Shown: one piece after another, positions 9,802 to 19,105 of the stretch
Numbering within the stretch: the stretch's first letter is position 1
Layout: the number at the start of each line of letters is the position of its first letter
Assembly (NCBI RefSeq): GCF_900313025.1
Contig: NZ_OMPQ01000008.1
Span: 394,482-458,481 of the forward strand
Direction of reading: 5' to 3'
Source of the DNA: Pseudophaeobacter sp. EL27
GTDB taxonomy: Bacteria > Pseudomonadota > Alphaproteobacteria > Rhodobacterales > Rhodobacteraceae
Length of the DNA: 64,000 nt
Notes under the pieces: generated by a model
The model's input: only the letters and a program-made list of their open reading frames with translations
Database searches by the model: none
What the model was told of the DNA's origin: nothing
Translations under genes and position numbers: made by a program

Positions 9802-12351
9802 ATGAGCACTGTTGGATTTATCACCCGTGATCTTTCGGGGACCACACGTCAAAGCACTTTTTCCGAGGGGTCTCCCTCTCTTCTCAATGTCACGCACTCC
9901 AAGGACATTTCGCTGAACCTCAGCGCCTCGGACATTGACGCCTATGTAAGGCGGGGATCGGATCTCCACCTTGTATTGGCCGATGGCCAGATCCTTGTTT
10001 TGCAGAACTACTATACCAATGGTACTGCCGGCGGCAAAAACCTGTTCCTCAGCGAGGAAGGCAATTTTGTCGAGGTCGTGTTAGAGGACAAGGCCGAGGG
10101 CGCGCTGTTTGCAAGCTACGAGCCGCTGGATATTTCCGGCAAATGGTCTGCCTATGACGAGATGGTCTTCCTAGATGTTGACCGGATCGAGCCGGTCATT
10201 GCCCCACTGGCAGCCCCTCTCTTTGGCGGCCTGGGCGCAGCGGGCGCAGCAGCCGGTGTAGCCGGTGCCGCGGTCGTCGCTGGCGGTGGTGGTGGCGGCG
10301 GTGGTGGCGGAAATGCTATCATTCCTACCGTGGACAATCCCGATGCCAGCTACCCAATTGCAGGCGCAACCACGGATCCGGTTGTTATCACCGGCACCGG
10401 TACCCCCGGCGCTGTAGTCGAAGTCAACGTAGGTGGCGAAACACAGACAGGCACCGTCAAGGATGACGGCACCTGGGAAGTGACCTTCCCGGTGGTATCC
10501 CTGCCAGCAGATGGCAACTATGACACAACCGTCAAAGTTGTCGATCCCAACGGTACAACCCATGATCTGGATGGCCCAACAGTGGTTATCGACACCACGC
10601 CACCAGTCCTGAACGTCACCAGTGGCACCCAATCCACCGGCGATATTGTCAATGGCAGTGAACATTCCTCTGGCACCGTGATCACCGGCAGCGGCGAAGC
10701 TGGCGCCAGCGTCAGTGTTGTCATCAACGGCCACACTCAGACAACAACAGTTGCCCCCAATGGCAGCTGGTCGGTTACGTTTGACTCGACCCAGATCACC
10801 ACCGGCGAATACACCACCGGGGTTGCCATCACCACAACCGACGATTTTGGCAATAGCGCCAGCTATACCGAGACATTGGTGGTCGACACCGTCGCGCCCC
10901 CCATTGGCATCAACACCGTAGAGGGCGACAATATTGTCAGCTTCTCCGAAGCCTCCAATGGTGTCACCCTCTCTGGGACCGGCGAAGCAGGGGCCTCGAT
11001 CTCTGTTCTGTTCCAAGGCGTTACCCAGACCACAACCGTTGCAAACAATGGCACCTGGTCTGTTGATTACAGCAGCGCCCAGATCACTGGTGGCAATAAC
11101 TACGCCAGCACCGTCGAGGTCACCTCGAGCGATCTGGCAGGAAACAGCTCGACCAGCACGCATACGGTCCACATTGATACTCAAACCAGCGCGACCCTGA
11201 ACGGCGGTTTTGCAGGTCCGGATGATGTATTGTCCGGCGCAGAAGCCCAGGGCGGTGTTCAGCTGACCGGCACTGCCGAGCCAGGCTCCACAGTTCAAGT
11301 GTTCTTTGGCGCCTCCGGTGCCCAGAACGCCACGGTAGATGCTGCGGGCAACTGGACAGTGCTTATTCCGCAAAGCTCGATCCCAACCGGCACCACGAAT
11401 GTCGACATTGAAGTGCACGCCACGGATGCTGTAGGCAACACCGATGTGGTGACCCGTTCCCTTGCGATCGACACCGAAGTTGACCCCTTTACCGTCGAGG
11501 CCAATCAGACCGCCAATGACGTGATCAATCAGGATGAGTTGAACGCCGGCTTTGCCCTGCAGGGCACGGTCGAGCCGGGCTCTGAGGTGATCGTGACAAT
11601 CCGGGGCGTGGCAAAGACGGCCACCGTGGATGCTGCAGGTAACTGGAGCGCCGAGTTCTCGGGCGCAGACCTTCCCGCAGGTGAATACTCTACCTCTGCC
11701 ACAATCGTTGCAAAAGATCCTGCTGGCAACACCAGCACCCTGACTGAAAACTTCGAAATCGATACCGTCTTTGAAGCCCCTGTTCTGGACTCGGTCACCT
11801 ATGAGATCGGCAGCCAGGACGTCAGCGAAATCACCGTCGAAGGCATTGCCGGCGCAGGTGAATCCATTACCGTCAACACGCTCGAAGGCGATGGTTCCAC
11901 CTCCAATCCGGGTGCAGTTGTCACTCCTGGGCGCGGCGTTACCGAGTTCGACTTTACCAATGCGATCCCCGATGGCACCGATCTGGTGGTGACCAATGTT
12001 GATACGCTTGGCAATGGGTCCAGCACCCTGCTTGTTCTTGAAGACAATGCCACAACGGCCAGCACATTGAATCATGCCTCCCTTGGCCAGTTCAACATCG
12101 ATGAACTGGATCTTGGTGCGGCCAGCAATGTGTCTCTGGTTCTGACCGAAGCGGATATCAAGGCGCTCTCCGAAAACTCGGATACCCTGACCATCCACAG
12201 TGGTTCGACCCCGGGCGACGACACTGTCACCGTGGCAGGCGCGACCTTGTCAGGAACCCGCAGTGTCGGCGGTGAGAACTACAACGTCTACACCGTTGGT
12301 AACGACGGCACGACCCTGGTCATTGATCAAGACGTCACCGTCATCATCTGA
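9802..12351 (+). CDS. Type I secretion substrate: adhesin-like protein with an N-terminal retention/BapA-prefix-like domain, an Ala/Gly-rich linker with Gly10 and ~7 bacterial Ig-like repeats
   Basis: 849 aa. N-terminus DIDAYVRRGSDLHLVLADGQILVLQNYYT. Hydrophobic AG-rich segment then GGGGGGGGGG. Repeats of the form G(T/S)GEAGASVSV..TQTTTV..NG(T/S)WSV about 95 aa apart. The TolC/ABC/HlyD genes follow immediately. Confidence 0.7.
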   Translation: MSTVGFITRDLSGTTRQSTFSEGSPSLLNVTHSKDISLNLSASDIDAYVRRGSDLHLVLADGQILVLQNYYTNGTAGGKNLFLSEEGNFVEVVLEDKAEGALFASYEPLDISGKWSAYDEMVFLDVDRIEPVIAPLAAPLFGGLGAAGAAAGVAGAAVVAGGGGGGGGGGNAIIPTVDNPDASYPIAGATTDPVVITGTGTPGAVVEVNVGGETQTGTVKDDGTWEVTFPVVSLPADGNYDTTVKVVDPNGTTHDLDGPTVVIDTTPPVLNVTSGTQSTGDIVNGSEHSSGTVITGSGEAGASVSVVINGHTQTTTVAPNGSWSVTFDSTQITTGEYTTGVAITTTDDFGNSASYTETLVVDTVAPPIGINTVEGDNIVSFSEASNGVTLSGTGEAGASISVLFQGVTQTTTVANNGTWSVDYSSAQITGGNNYASTVEVTSSDLAGNSSTSTHTVHIDTQTSATLNGGFAGPDDVLSGAEAQGGVQLTGTAEPGSTVQVFFGASGAQNATVDAAGNWTVLIPQSSIPTGTTNVDIEVHATDAVGNTDVVTRSLAIDTEVDPFTVEANQTANDVINQDELNAGFALQGTVEPGSEVIVTIRGVAKTATVDAAGNWSAEFSGADLPAGEYSTSATIVAKDPAGNTSTLTENFEIDTVFEAPVLDSVTYEIGSQDVSEITVEGIAGAGESITVNTLEGDGSTSNPGAVVTPGRGVTEFDFTNAIPDGTDLVVTNVDTLGNGSSTLLVLEDNATTASTLNHASLGQFNIDELDLGAASNVSLVLTEADIKALSENSDTLTIHSGSTPGDDTVTVAGATLSGTRSVGGENYNVYTVGNDGTTLVIDQDVTVII

Positions 12352-12357
12352 TCAATT

Positions 12358-12389
12358 GGACCGGCACAGTCCCTGACCGCTGCCGGTCC
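12358..12389 (+). promoter_or_regulatory. Intercistronic hairpin (9-bp perfect inverted repeat ggaccggca...tgccggtcc) between substrate and tolC genes
   Basis: Seen in sequence. No T-tract follows. It may act as a partial attenuator or processing site that sets the substrate-to-transporter ratio. Confidence 0.3.
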
Positions 12390-12422
12390 CAACCAAAACC
12401 CTACAAAAGGGCGAGGGGCAGT

Positions 12423-13727
12423 ATGCAACTGGCACGACCCATTGGCGCATTGGCACTTATGTGCAGCCTCTCTGGCTGCGCCGATGGCGTGCCGTTTCTT
12501 ACAGGCAAAACCACGGACGAGACCGAAGTCTCCCGGCGCGGCGGCAACTTTGTGCAGCCCGAAGGCGAGGCCACTTCCGAGGTTATCTCAACCCTGCTCG
12601 CGCGCCGCTCGCTGCTGACCGAAGGCACCGTCTACAATGACGTCGCCGAGGCCGCCGTTGCTGCCTCTGCCCGCGCCTCCGAAGCGGAACTGATCAGCGC
12701 CAAACTGCGCGCCGAAGCCGAGTCGAAAAACTGGCTGCCCACAATCGGCCCCTCCGTCAGCCTGACGGATCTGGGGGATCTGGTGGCAGGGATGCTCATT
12801 CAGCAGGTGCTTTTTGACAATGGCCGCCGCAAAGCCGAACGCGCCTTTGCAGCCGCCGATGTCGAAGTCGCCGCTGTCAATCTCTCGGTTGATATGAATG
12901 AGCGAGTTGAAGATGCCGTAGGCCTCTATCTGGCCGGGCTGCGCGGCGAAGAGAAAGCCGCCTATAACAGCCGTGCCTTGAACCAGATGCAGGAATTCCG
13001 CCGCATCGTCTCGGGGCGGGTTGACGGTGGCTTGTCCGACCGTTCCGACCTGAATGTGGTCGACAGCAAGATCAATGGCATGCGCAATGCCCGCACCACC
13101 GCACAGGATGCCGCCACCACCGCCCGGGCTGAGCTCACGGCGATGACCGGTGAGAGCTTCCCCGAAAAACCCGGCAAGCTCGACCTCGGGACACCGCCCG
13201 AAACCGTGCAGTATCTCTCGGTGTTGAAATCCGAAGCCACCGCCAATCGTGGTGTGGCCCAAGCGGTGATTGGCCGGGCCGGTCTCCTGCCGCAGATTTC
13301 AGCGGCCGGCAACGTCACTTCTGACGGATCTGGTGCCGGGCTGACCCTGGATCTGGCCGAACCGCTGGGGCTCGGCACCGGGGCCGCGCTCAAAGCCATC
13401 GAAGTCTCCAAAGAAGCTGCCCGTCGCCAGATTGGTGAGGCCGAAGAAGACGCCCGGCGCAGCCACTCCCGTCAGGAACAACGTCTGGCCTCCTATCAGC
13501 GCCAAACTGTCGAGACCGCATCACTGGCACGGGCCAGCCGGGAAACCTACAGGCTGTTCAAATCCCAGTTCGAAGCGGGCCAGCGGCCAGTGATGGATGT
13601 TGTCTCCATCTACGAAGAGCTGGTCCAGCGCGAGCAGGACCATATCGAAGCAAAGTACGAAGTTGTGTTGATCCAGCTGATGCTGGCGCGTGACATGGGC
13701 CTTTTGGCGGATGGGGATAAGATTTGA
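12423..13727 (+). CDS. TolC-family outer membrane channel of the T1SS (lipoprotein-type signal)
   Basis: 434 aa with signal/lipobox ALALMCSLSGC. Coiled-coil-rich TolC/OMF-like repeats. It overlaps the ABC gene start (ATGA). Confidence 0.8.
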   Translation: MQLARPIGALALMCSLSGCADGVPFLTGKTTDETEVSRRGGNFVQPEGEATSEVISTLLARRSLLTEGTVYNDVAEAAVAASARASEAELISAKLRAEAESKNWLPTIGPSVSLTDLGDLVAGMLIQQVLFDNGRRKAERAFAAADVEVAAVNLSVDMNERVEDAVGLYLAGLRGEEKAAYNSRALNQMQEFRRIVSGRVDGGLSDRSDLNVVDSKINGMRNARTTAQDAATTARAELTAMTGESFPEKPGKLDLGTPPETVQYLSVLKSEATANRGVAQAVIGRAGLLPQISAAGNVTSDGSGAGLTLDLAEPLGLGTGAALKAIEVSKEAARRQIGEAEEDARRSHSRQEQRLASYQRQTVETASLARASRETYRLFKSQFEAGQRPVMDVVSIYEELVQREQDHIEAKYEVVLIQLMLARDMGLLADGDKI

Positions 13728-16141
13728 CCGATACAACTTTTCCACCCCGGCCTGGTTCCACCGCCAAAGCCAGTAAGCAGTCCCGCAAACCAGGAAGCCC
13801 CCTGTTGCGGGCAGTTCCCCCCAGCCCGGCGCCGCTCGCCGACCAGGACCAGGCTCCCGTTACTGGTCAGATCATCGATGGCACCGCTTCAAACACCACT
13901 GCCCGTAGGCGCACCACCGCCCCCTCCCCGCAGGTGGCAACCCAAGCAGCCAGTGCCCCAGCCCACAGCGGTGCAGGAGCCCAAACAGATGTTGCCGCCG
14001 CGGGAGGTCGCCGCGAAGTTGGCACCCTAATTGAGGGCGCCTCTGCCCGGATCCAGCACCGCGCCACGCTGATTGCCACGCTGGCCTCCCTGAAGGGCAC
14101 CGAAGCCCATGCAGGCGATATCGCCAGCTTTATGTGGAGCAATAACCCCGGTGATTCCACAGCCGAGAGCCTGGCACAGGCATTGGGGTCGACCGGACTG
14201 CAAGTGAAACTGCAACGTCGGCCGGAGCTGACCCCCAGCGACTGGCCTGCTCTGGCGATGATGAAGGGCGGCCAATGTGTCCTGGTTCTGGGTCAGGACC
14301 AGGGTCGGCTCAGCATTTTTGACACCACCTGCCCCGACAATCGCACCGAGGTCCCGCTGGGTGAGTTCACCCCGTTTTTCACCGGCACTCTGGTGGTGGC
14401 GCGTCCCTCGCTCAAACAAATGGCAGCCCGCCATACACCGCAGCTGGAGAGCGATCACTGGTTCTGGGGCGAATTCCCCAAATACCGCCGTCAGGTGGGT
14501 GAAATCATGTTGGGCTCCTTGGTGGCCAACATCTTGGCCGTCTCGGTCGCGCTGTTCTCCCTGCAGGTCTATGACCGGGTGGTGCCGCATCAGTCTCATG
14601 CCACGCTTTGGGTTTTGGCCATTGGCGCCTTCCTTGCGATCATGCTGGAAGCCCTGCTCAAGGTGGCCCGTGCCCGGCTGACGGATGCTGCCGGACGCCA
14701 GATCGAACTTTCGGTTCAGCACAATCTGATGCGTCGCCTGATTGGCATGCGCTCGGACAAAAAACCGCTGCCCCCCTCCGGGCTGTTTGCAGCGATGCGC
14801 GATTTTGGTGCCGTACGTGAGTTCTTTACCTCTTCGACGATCTCCACCCTCGCCGATATTCCCTTTATCGCCGTCTTCCTGCTGCTGGTGGCCTCGATCG
14901 CCGGGCCTGTTGTCTATGTGATCATGGTTGGCGGTGCATTGATGCTGCTGCCGGCCTATTTCATGCAGCGCAAGATGATCGCGCTGACCCGCCAGACCCA
15001 GGGCGCCAATGCCAAGGCTGGCCGCCTGCTGCACGAGGTGATCACCGAACTCGACACAGTAAAGACCCAGCGCGGCGAAGACCGCGTTATGCGCAACTGG
15101 GACGAGTTGAATGTACTGTCCTCGCATTCCTCAACCGAACAACGTCGCCTTGCCAGCGCCCTCACCTTCTGGTCGCAGGGCATCCAGCAGGCCACCTATA
15201 TCACCGCTGTGGTTCTGGGTACTTTGCTGGTCTTTGCAGGTGAGTTCACCGTCGGGACGATTATTGCCACCGGTATCCTCACCAGTCGCACCCTGGCGCC
15301 GCTCACCCAGTTTGCCGCGACCATGGCCCGTTGGAGTAACGTCAAGGGCGCTCTGGAGGGGCTGGAGGCCATCGCCAGCGCCCCGCAGGAAATGGATGCC
15401 GAACGCAGCTACCTGCGCCGTGAGCAGCTTGAGGGCCGCTTTGAGATGCGCGAAGTGGTGTTCCGCTACGATGAAGATGCCGCCCCTACCCTGGATGTCC
15501 CCGGTGTCGCCATTACCCCAGGCCAGCGCGTTGCGGTTCTGGGCGTCAATGGCTCGGGCAAATCCACGCTGATCAAACTGCTGTCGGGTCTCTACGCCCC
15601 CGATACAGGCCGGATCATGATTGATGGCACCGATATGGGCCAGATCGACCCACGCGATCTGCGCCGCAATATCGGCTACCTGAGCCAGGATGTACGGCTG
15701 TTTGCTGGCTCTCTGCGCGACAACCTCAACCTCAACCAGCTGGAGCGCGACGACACCCGCCTGATGGCTGCTTTGGACTTTTCTGGCCTGGGCGCCTATG
15801 TGCGCGGTCACCACAAGGGCCTGGACCTGGATATCGGTGATGGCGGCGGCGGCTTGTCGATTGGTCAGCGCCAGTCGATGGGCTGGGCGCGGCTTTGGTT
15901 GCAAAACCCAACAATCGTGCTGCTGGATGAACCCACAGCCGCTTTGGACCAAACCTTGGAACGCACTCTAGTCAGCCGGTTGGAAACCTGGCTGCAGGGC
16001 CGCACCGCCGTTATCGCCACCCACCGGATGCCCATCCTGTCGCTGACCAACCGCACCCTAATCCTGCAGGACGGGCGCATGGTGGTGGATGGTCCCCGTG
16101 ATAAGGTTCTGGCGCATCTCGCCGCAGGAGAGGGCAAATGA
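13724..16141 (+). CDS. Type I secretion ABC transporter (HlyB/LapB-like permease/ATPase with an N-terminal C39-like domain and a ~100-aa Pro/Ala-rich extension)
   Basis: 805 aa. Walker A GVNGSGKST, ABC signature LSIGQRQ, Walker B ILLDEPT. The TMD precedes the NBD and a C39-like region sits N-terminally. Confidence 0.85.
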   Translation: MTDTTFPPRPGSTAKASKQSRKPGSPLLRAVPPSPAPLADQDQAPVTGQIIDGTASNTTARRRTTAPSPQVATQAASAPAHSGAGAQTDVAAAGGRREVGTLIEGASARIQHRATLIATLASLKGTEAHAGDIASFMWSNNPGDSTAESLAQALGSTGLQVKLQRRPELTPSDWPALAMMKGGQCVLVLGQDQGRLSIFDTTCPDNRTEVPLGEFTPFFTGTLVVARPSLKQMAARHTPQLESDHWFWGEFPKYRRQVGEIMLGSLVANILAVSVALFSLQVYDRVVPHQSHATLWVLAIGAFLAIMLEALLKVARARLTDAAGRQIELSVQHNLMRRLIGMRSDKKPLPPSGLFAAMRDFGAVREFFTSSTISTLADIPFIAVFLLLVASIAGPVVYVIMVGGALMLLPAYFMQRKMIALTRQTQGANAKAGRLLHEVITELDTVKTQRGEDRVMRNWDELNVLSSHSSTEQRRLASALTFWSQGIQQATYITAVVLGTLLVFAGEFTVGTIIATGILTSRTLAPLTQFAATMARWSNVKGALEGLEAIASAPQEMDAERSYLRREQLEGRFEMREVVFRYDEDAAPTLDVPGVAITPGQRVAVLGVNGSGKSTLIKLLSGLYAPDTGRIMIDGTDMGQIDPRDLRRNIGYLSQDVRLFAGSLRDNLNLNQLERDDTRLMAALDFSGLGAYVRGHHKGLDLDIGDGGGGLSIGQRQSMGWARLWLQNPTIVLLDEPTAALDQTLERTLVSRLETWLQGRTAVIATHRMPILSLTNRTLILQDGRMVVDGPRDKVLAHLAAGEGK

Positions 16142-17310
16142 CCTCATCCGCGCATTATGATCTCGCCGAGAGCGCCCGGGGCGCCAGCCGCATTGTCTAT
16201 CTGGTTGGCGCAGCTCTGTTGCTGTTCATCGGCTGGGCAGCCTTTGCTTCGGTGGATGAGATCGTGCGCGGCGAAGGCGAAGTGGTCTCCTCCTCCAGGG
16301 CGCAGATCGTACAGAACCTTGAAGGCGGCATTCTGGCGGAACTGCATGTACGCCAAGGCGACGAAGTGCGCGCCGGACAGGTTCTGGCGAAGCTCCAGGA
16401 CACCAAATTCCGCACTATTGCCGATGAGTTGCAGGACCAAATCGACACACTAGAGATCAAGCAATTCCGGCTGGAAGCCGAAATGGACGGGGCCTATGAG
16501 TTCACTGTCCCCGTTGATCTGGCAGACCGCTCCGCCGAAATACTGGCGTCAGAGCGCGCCCTGCTGAATGCCAGACAGGGCGATTTTGACAGCCGCCGCA
16601 CCAGCGCGCGCAAGATCCTGGATCAGCTGAACGATGAGCTGGCCAATATGCAAAGCCTTTACGAGCAGAACATCGTCGCCCTGATCGAAGTGAACCGCTC
16701 GCAGAAAGCTGCCACCGATGCGCAGGCCAAGTTCAATGAGATCGGCACCCAGAATGAACTGAAACTGGCAGAAGAATATTCCGAAGCCCTGCGCGAGCTG
16801 GCCTCGCTGAGGCAGGATCAGCGGCTGGCACAGGACCAGTTGGATCGCACCGTTATCACTTCGCCAATGTCCGGCATCGTCAACAGCCTGGGCGTGACCA
16901 CCATTGGCGGCGTTGTGCGCCCCGGTGAAGAGATTTTTGAGATCATCCCCATGGGGGAAGAGCTGTTTGTCGAGGCCCGCGTCAATCCCAAGGATATTGC
17001 CAGTGTACAAACCGGCCAGACGGCGACCATCAAGCTCTCGGCCTATGATTACACCATCTATGGCGCCTTGAATGGCGAGGTTGATTTTGTTTCGGCGGAC
17101 ACCTTTGAAGATGAACGCAATCCCCGCGCCGAACCCTTTTACCGCGTTACGGTTCGGGTTGATCGTTCTGATCTAACGGAGCGTCAGAAAGGCATCGAAA
17201 TTCGCCCCGGCATGCGCGCCATTGCAGAGTTGCAGACAGGATCAAAAACCGTGCTGAACTACCTGTTGAAGCCTCTGTACAAATCACAAGAGGCCTTCCG
17301 TGAACCATAA
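16138..17310 (+). CDS. HlyD-family type I secretion periplasmic adaptor (membrane fusion protein)
   Basis: 390 aa. N-terminal TM, long coiled coil, C-terminal lipoyl/beta-barrel motifs (TVITSPMSGIV, IRPGMRA). Overlaps the ABC stop. Confidence 0.85.
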   Translation: MTSSAHYDLAESARGASRIVYLVGAALLLFIGWAAFASVDEIVRGEGEVVSSSRAQIVQNLEGGILAELHVRQGDEVRAGQVLAKLQDTKFRTIADELQDQIDTLEIKQFRLEAEMDGAYEFTVPVDLADRSAEILASERALLNARQGDFDSRRTSARKILDQLNDELANMQSLYEQNIVALIEVNRSQKAATDAQAKFNEIGTQNELKLAEEYSEALRELASLRQDQRLAQDQLDRTVITSPMSGIVNSLGVTTIGGVVRPGEEIFEIIPMGEELFVEARVNPKDIASVQTGQTATIKLSAYDYTIYGALNGEVDFVSADTFEDERNPRAEPFYRVTVRVDRSDLTERQKGIEIRPGMRAIAELQTGSKTVLNYLLKPLYKSQEAFREP

Positions 17311-17510
17311 ACCCACTCACACAGGACCAGATACCACAGGGGAAGCATCGGAATGCTCCGCGCTGTTCCCCGCTGTTTGCCCTCCTCTGCCCTCTTGTTC
17401 TGGGCAGCGCCCTATCGGGCCACGTCCTGTGCGTCTGGATTCCCGGTACCCCACTGCCATTCTAGCAGTAGGTTCCGTGGGAACGTCGCTAAGGAGGGAC
17501 GTATCTGTTG

Positions 17511-18224
17511 TTAGCCGGCCTGTTGCATCAAGCGCCACAGGGTTGAATCAAGCGCTGTCCCAATCGAAACCCGCCTGCTGCCCATCGCGGCCTTGGCAGA
17601 AATCACCGAGACCAGTCGGGGCAATCGGCCCGGTATCACCTGTAGAACTGGCGCACCTGAGGCCCCAAAATCCACAAGGCAGGACATCACCAATGTCGTG
17701 CGCTGTTTTGCAAGAACCTCGCAACTGCGTTCCAAACTGGGGCGCGTCGCATGGGTAAAGTTGTAAGACAGCACCCCAACGGAATCTCCGCGATCGGCAT
17801 CCAGGGACATTCTCAAGGGCTGGATCTCGTTCGAATTGATCGGTCGAGCCAAGCGCAACACCGCAATGTCACTTCCCATCAGAGAGCCACCTCGCTGACT
17901 ATGCCGATAGCCCGGATGCACCACCGCCTTCGCAATGTTGCGTGCAGCTTTGGCACGTCGCCCCATGAGGCCCGCTTCAAATTTGATCGTCGTCGGATCA
18001 ATTGCGCGCCCAGATGCCGGATCATACAGGCAATGGGCCGCAGTCAGTACCAAGTTTGGCGCTATCAAGGATCCGGTACACATATTGCGTCCCGAGATAT
18101 TCAGACGTCCGACCGCTTCCCACCCAGGCAACGATCGAGCTCCAAATTGCGGATCACCCGCCCTCGCGCCGCTGGGCATACTTGCAAACAAGTAAGCCGC
18201 AGCCACAGCGATTAGTCGTTTCAT
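17511..18224 (-). CDS. Secreted trypsin-like (S1 family) serine peptidase
   Basis: Signal peptide MKRLIAVAAAYLFASMPSGARA. His motif LTAAHC, Asp in DIAVLRL, Ser motif variant GASGAP. Convergent with hlyD. Start taken at the 5th codon (the tool ORF reaches 18236). Confidence 0.65.
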   Translation of the reverse strand: MKRLIAVAAAYLFASMPSGARAGDPQFGARSLPGWEAVGRLNISGRNMCTGSLIAPNLVLTAAHCLYDPASGRAIDPTTIKFEAGLMGRRAKAARNIAKAVVHPGYRHSQRGGSLMGSDIAVLRLARPINSNEIQPLRMSLDADRGDSVGVLSYNFTHATRPSLERSCEVLAKQRTTLVMSCLVDFGASGAPVLQVIPGRLPRLVSVISAKAAMGSRRVSIGTALDSTLWRLMQQAG

Positions 18225-18329
18225 TTTCCACTCCAAATTCCCACATCAACATGTTTGTTCAGTCGTGCGGCTGGAATGGGGCCCAATCTTGTGCTTGGTG
18301 GACGAAATAATGGACAGAATGTGGCAGTG

Positions 18330-18345
18330 TTAACAATTCTCTAAC
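18330..18345. promoter_or_regulatory. Near-consensus CtrA box (TTAA-N7-cTAAC) ~95 bp upstream of the protease gene
   Basis: Seen in sequence: ttaaCAATTCTctaac, an 8/9 match to TTAA-N7-TTAAC. Confidence 0.25.
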
Positions 18346-19105
18346 CCCCCGGTTATTGATGCCCCAGAATGACGTTAAAACGGGGTAAATAGCCACCCGG
18401 CGTTAAGACTCTCCCTAAGGTTTTAGGCAAATACCTGTAAAAACATGCATTTTTATGTCCTACAGGACCCACATTTTACCTCCCAAGGTGCAAGACTTCG
18501 GTAAGATTTGGATTTCTAGCCCCCTAAACGGAAGCAAATGCGGCGAGAATCAGTCGTGAGTCGCATCCAAGCAGCACCCAAATCTCTTTCCAAATCCATA
18601 ATCCCGCGCCCCGGCGTTAAGATGTTGTCCTAGGGGAAAGCGAGCCTCCGTCAGCATAGGTCAGCGGCATGTTCTGGGTGATTGGTGCCGAAGCGAGGCT
18701 TTGCGTGGCCCCCTCCTCACTTCAGAGCCTCACCCCAGGCAGAGCCCCAGGGAGGCTAAATAGTAAAACGGCTGCCCACTGCTTTACCTCTCCTAGGAAA
18801 CCCTTAACTCGGAAGGAGCAAGACCTGCCCGGTCAGGCAAGGCCAGTCTCACCCCAAAATAAGGTGGGTGTCGGTTGTGCAGGCTGTTCGCAGGTCATGC
18901 CCATGAGGACAGTGCTGTGGGCTCTTTTGCAGCCGCAGCACCCAGGTTTTACCCAGAATGCACAGCCACAAGCAAAAGCCTCCCTAGGATAACCTGCAGC
19001 TCGCGGGACAAAGGCAATCCCAGTCATGTAGAGACGAGAAGGTCCACACCATTGGTCGGCAAACCGGTGGGACAGGCCAAGCCCTGCCCCTGAGCCAAGG
19101 TGCAG

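Noticed and set aside
10171-12198. 675-aa ORF antisense to the adhesin gene
   Set aside because: High-GC shadow ORF inside a repeat-rich coding region. It has no RBS or domain signal, and the sense-strand adhesin has clear repeat and domain structure.
14027-15952. Long minus-strand ORFs (366 aa, 273 aa) inside the ABC transporter gene
   Set aside because: Antisense to a gene with canonical Walker/ABC motifs. Low-complexity Arg/Gly-rich products typical of GC-shadow frames.
18700-18900. Possible cobalamin riboswitch (gctgcccactgc resembles a B12 box)
   Set aside because: The B12-box match is imperfect (extra C). The flanking conserved GGGAA/GGTG/CCCGC elements are missing, and no downstream B12-related gene is present.
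18669-18992. 107-aa ORF in the long protease–methyltransferase spacer
   Set aside because: No RBS, Pro/Ala/Gly-rich low-complexity product and low coding potential. The region is treated as non-coding or pseudogenic instead.
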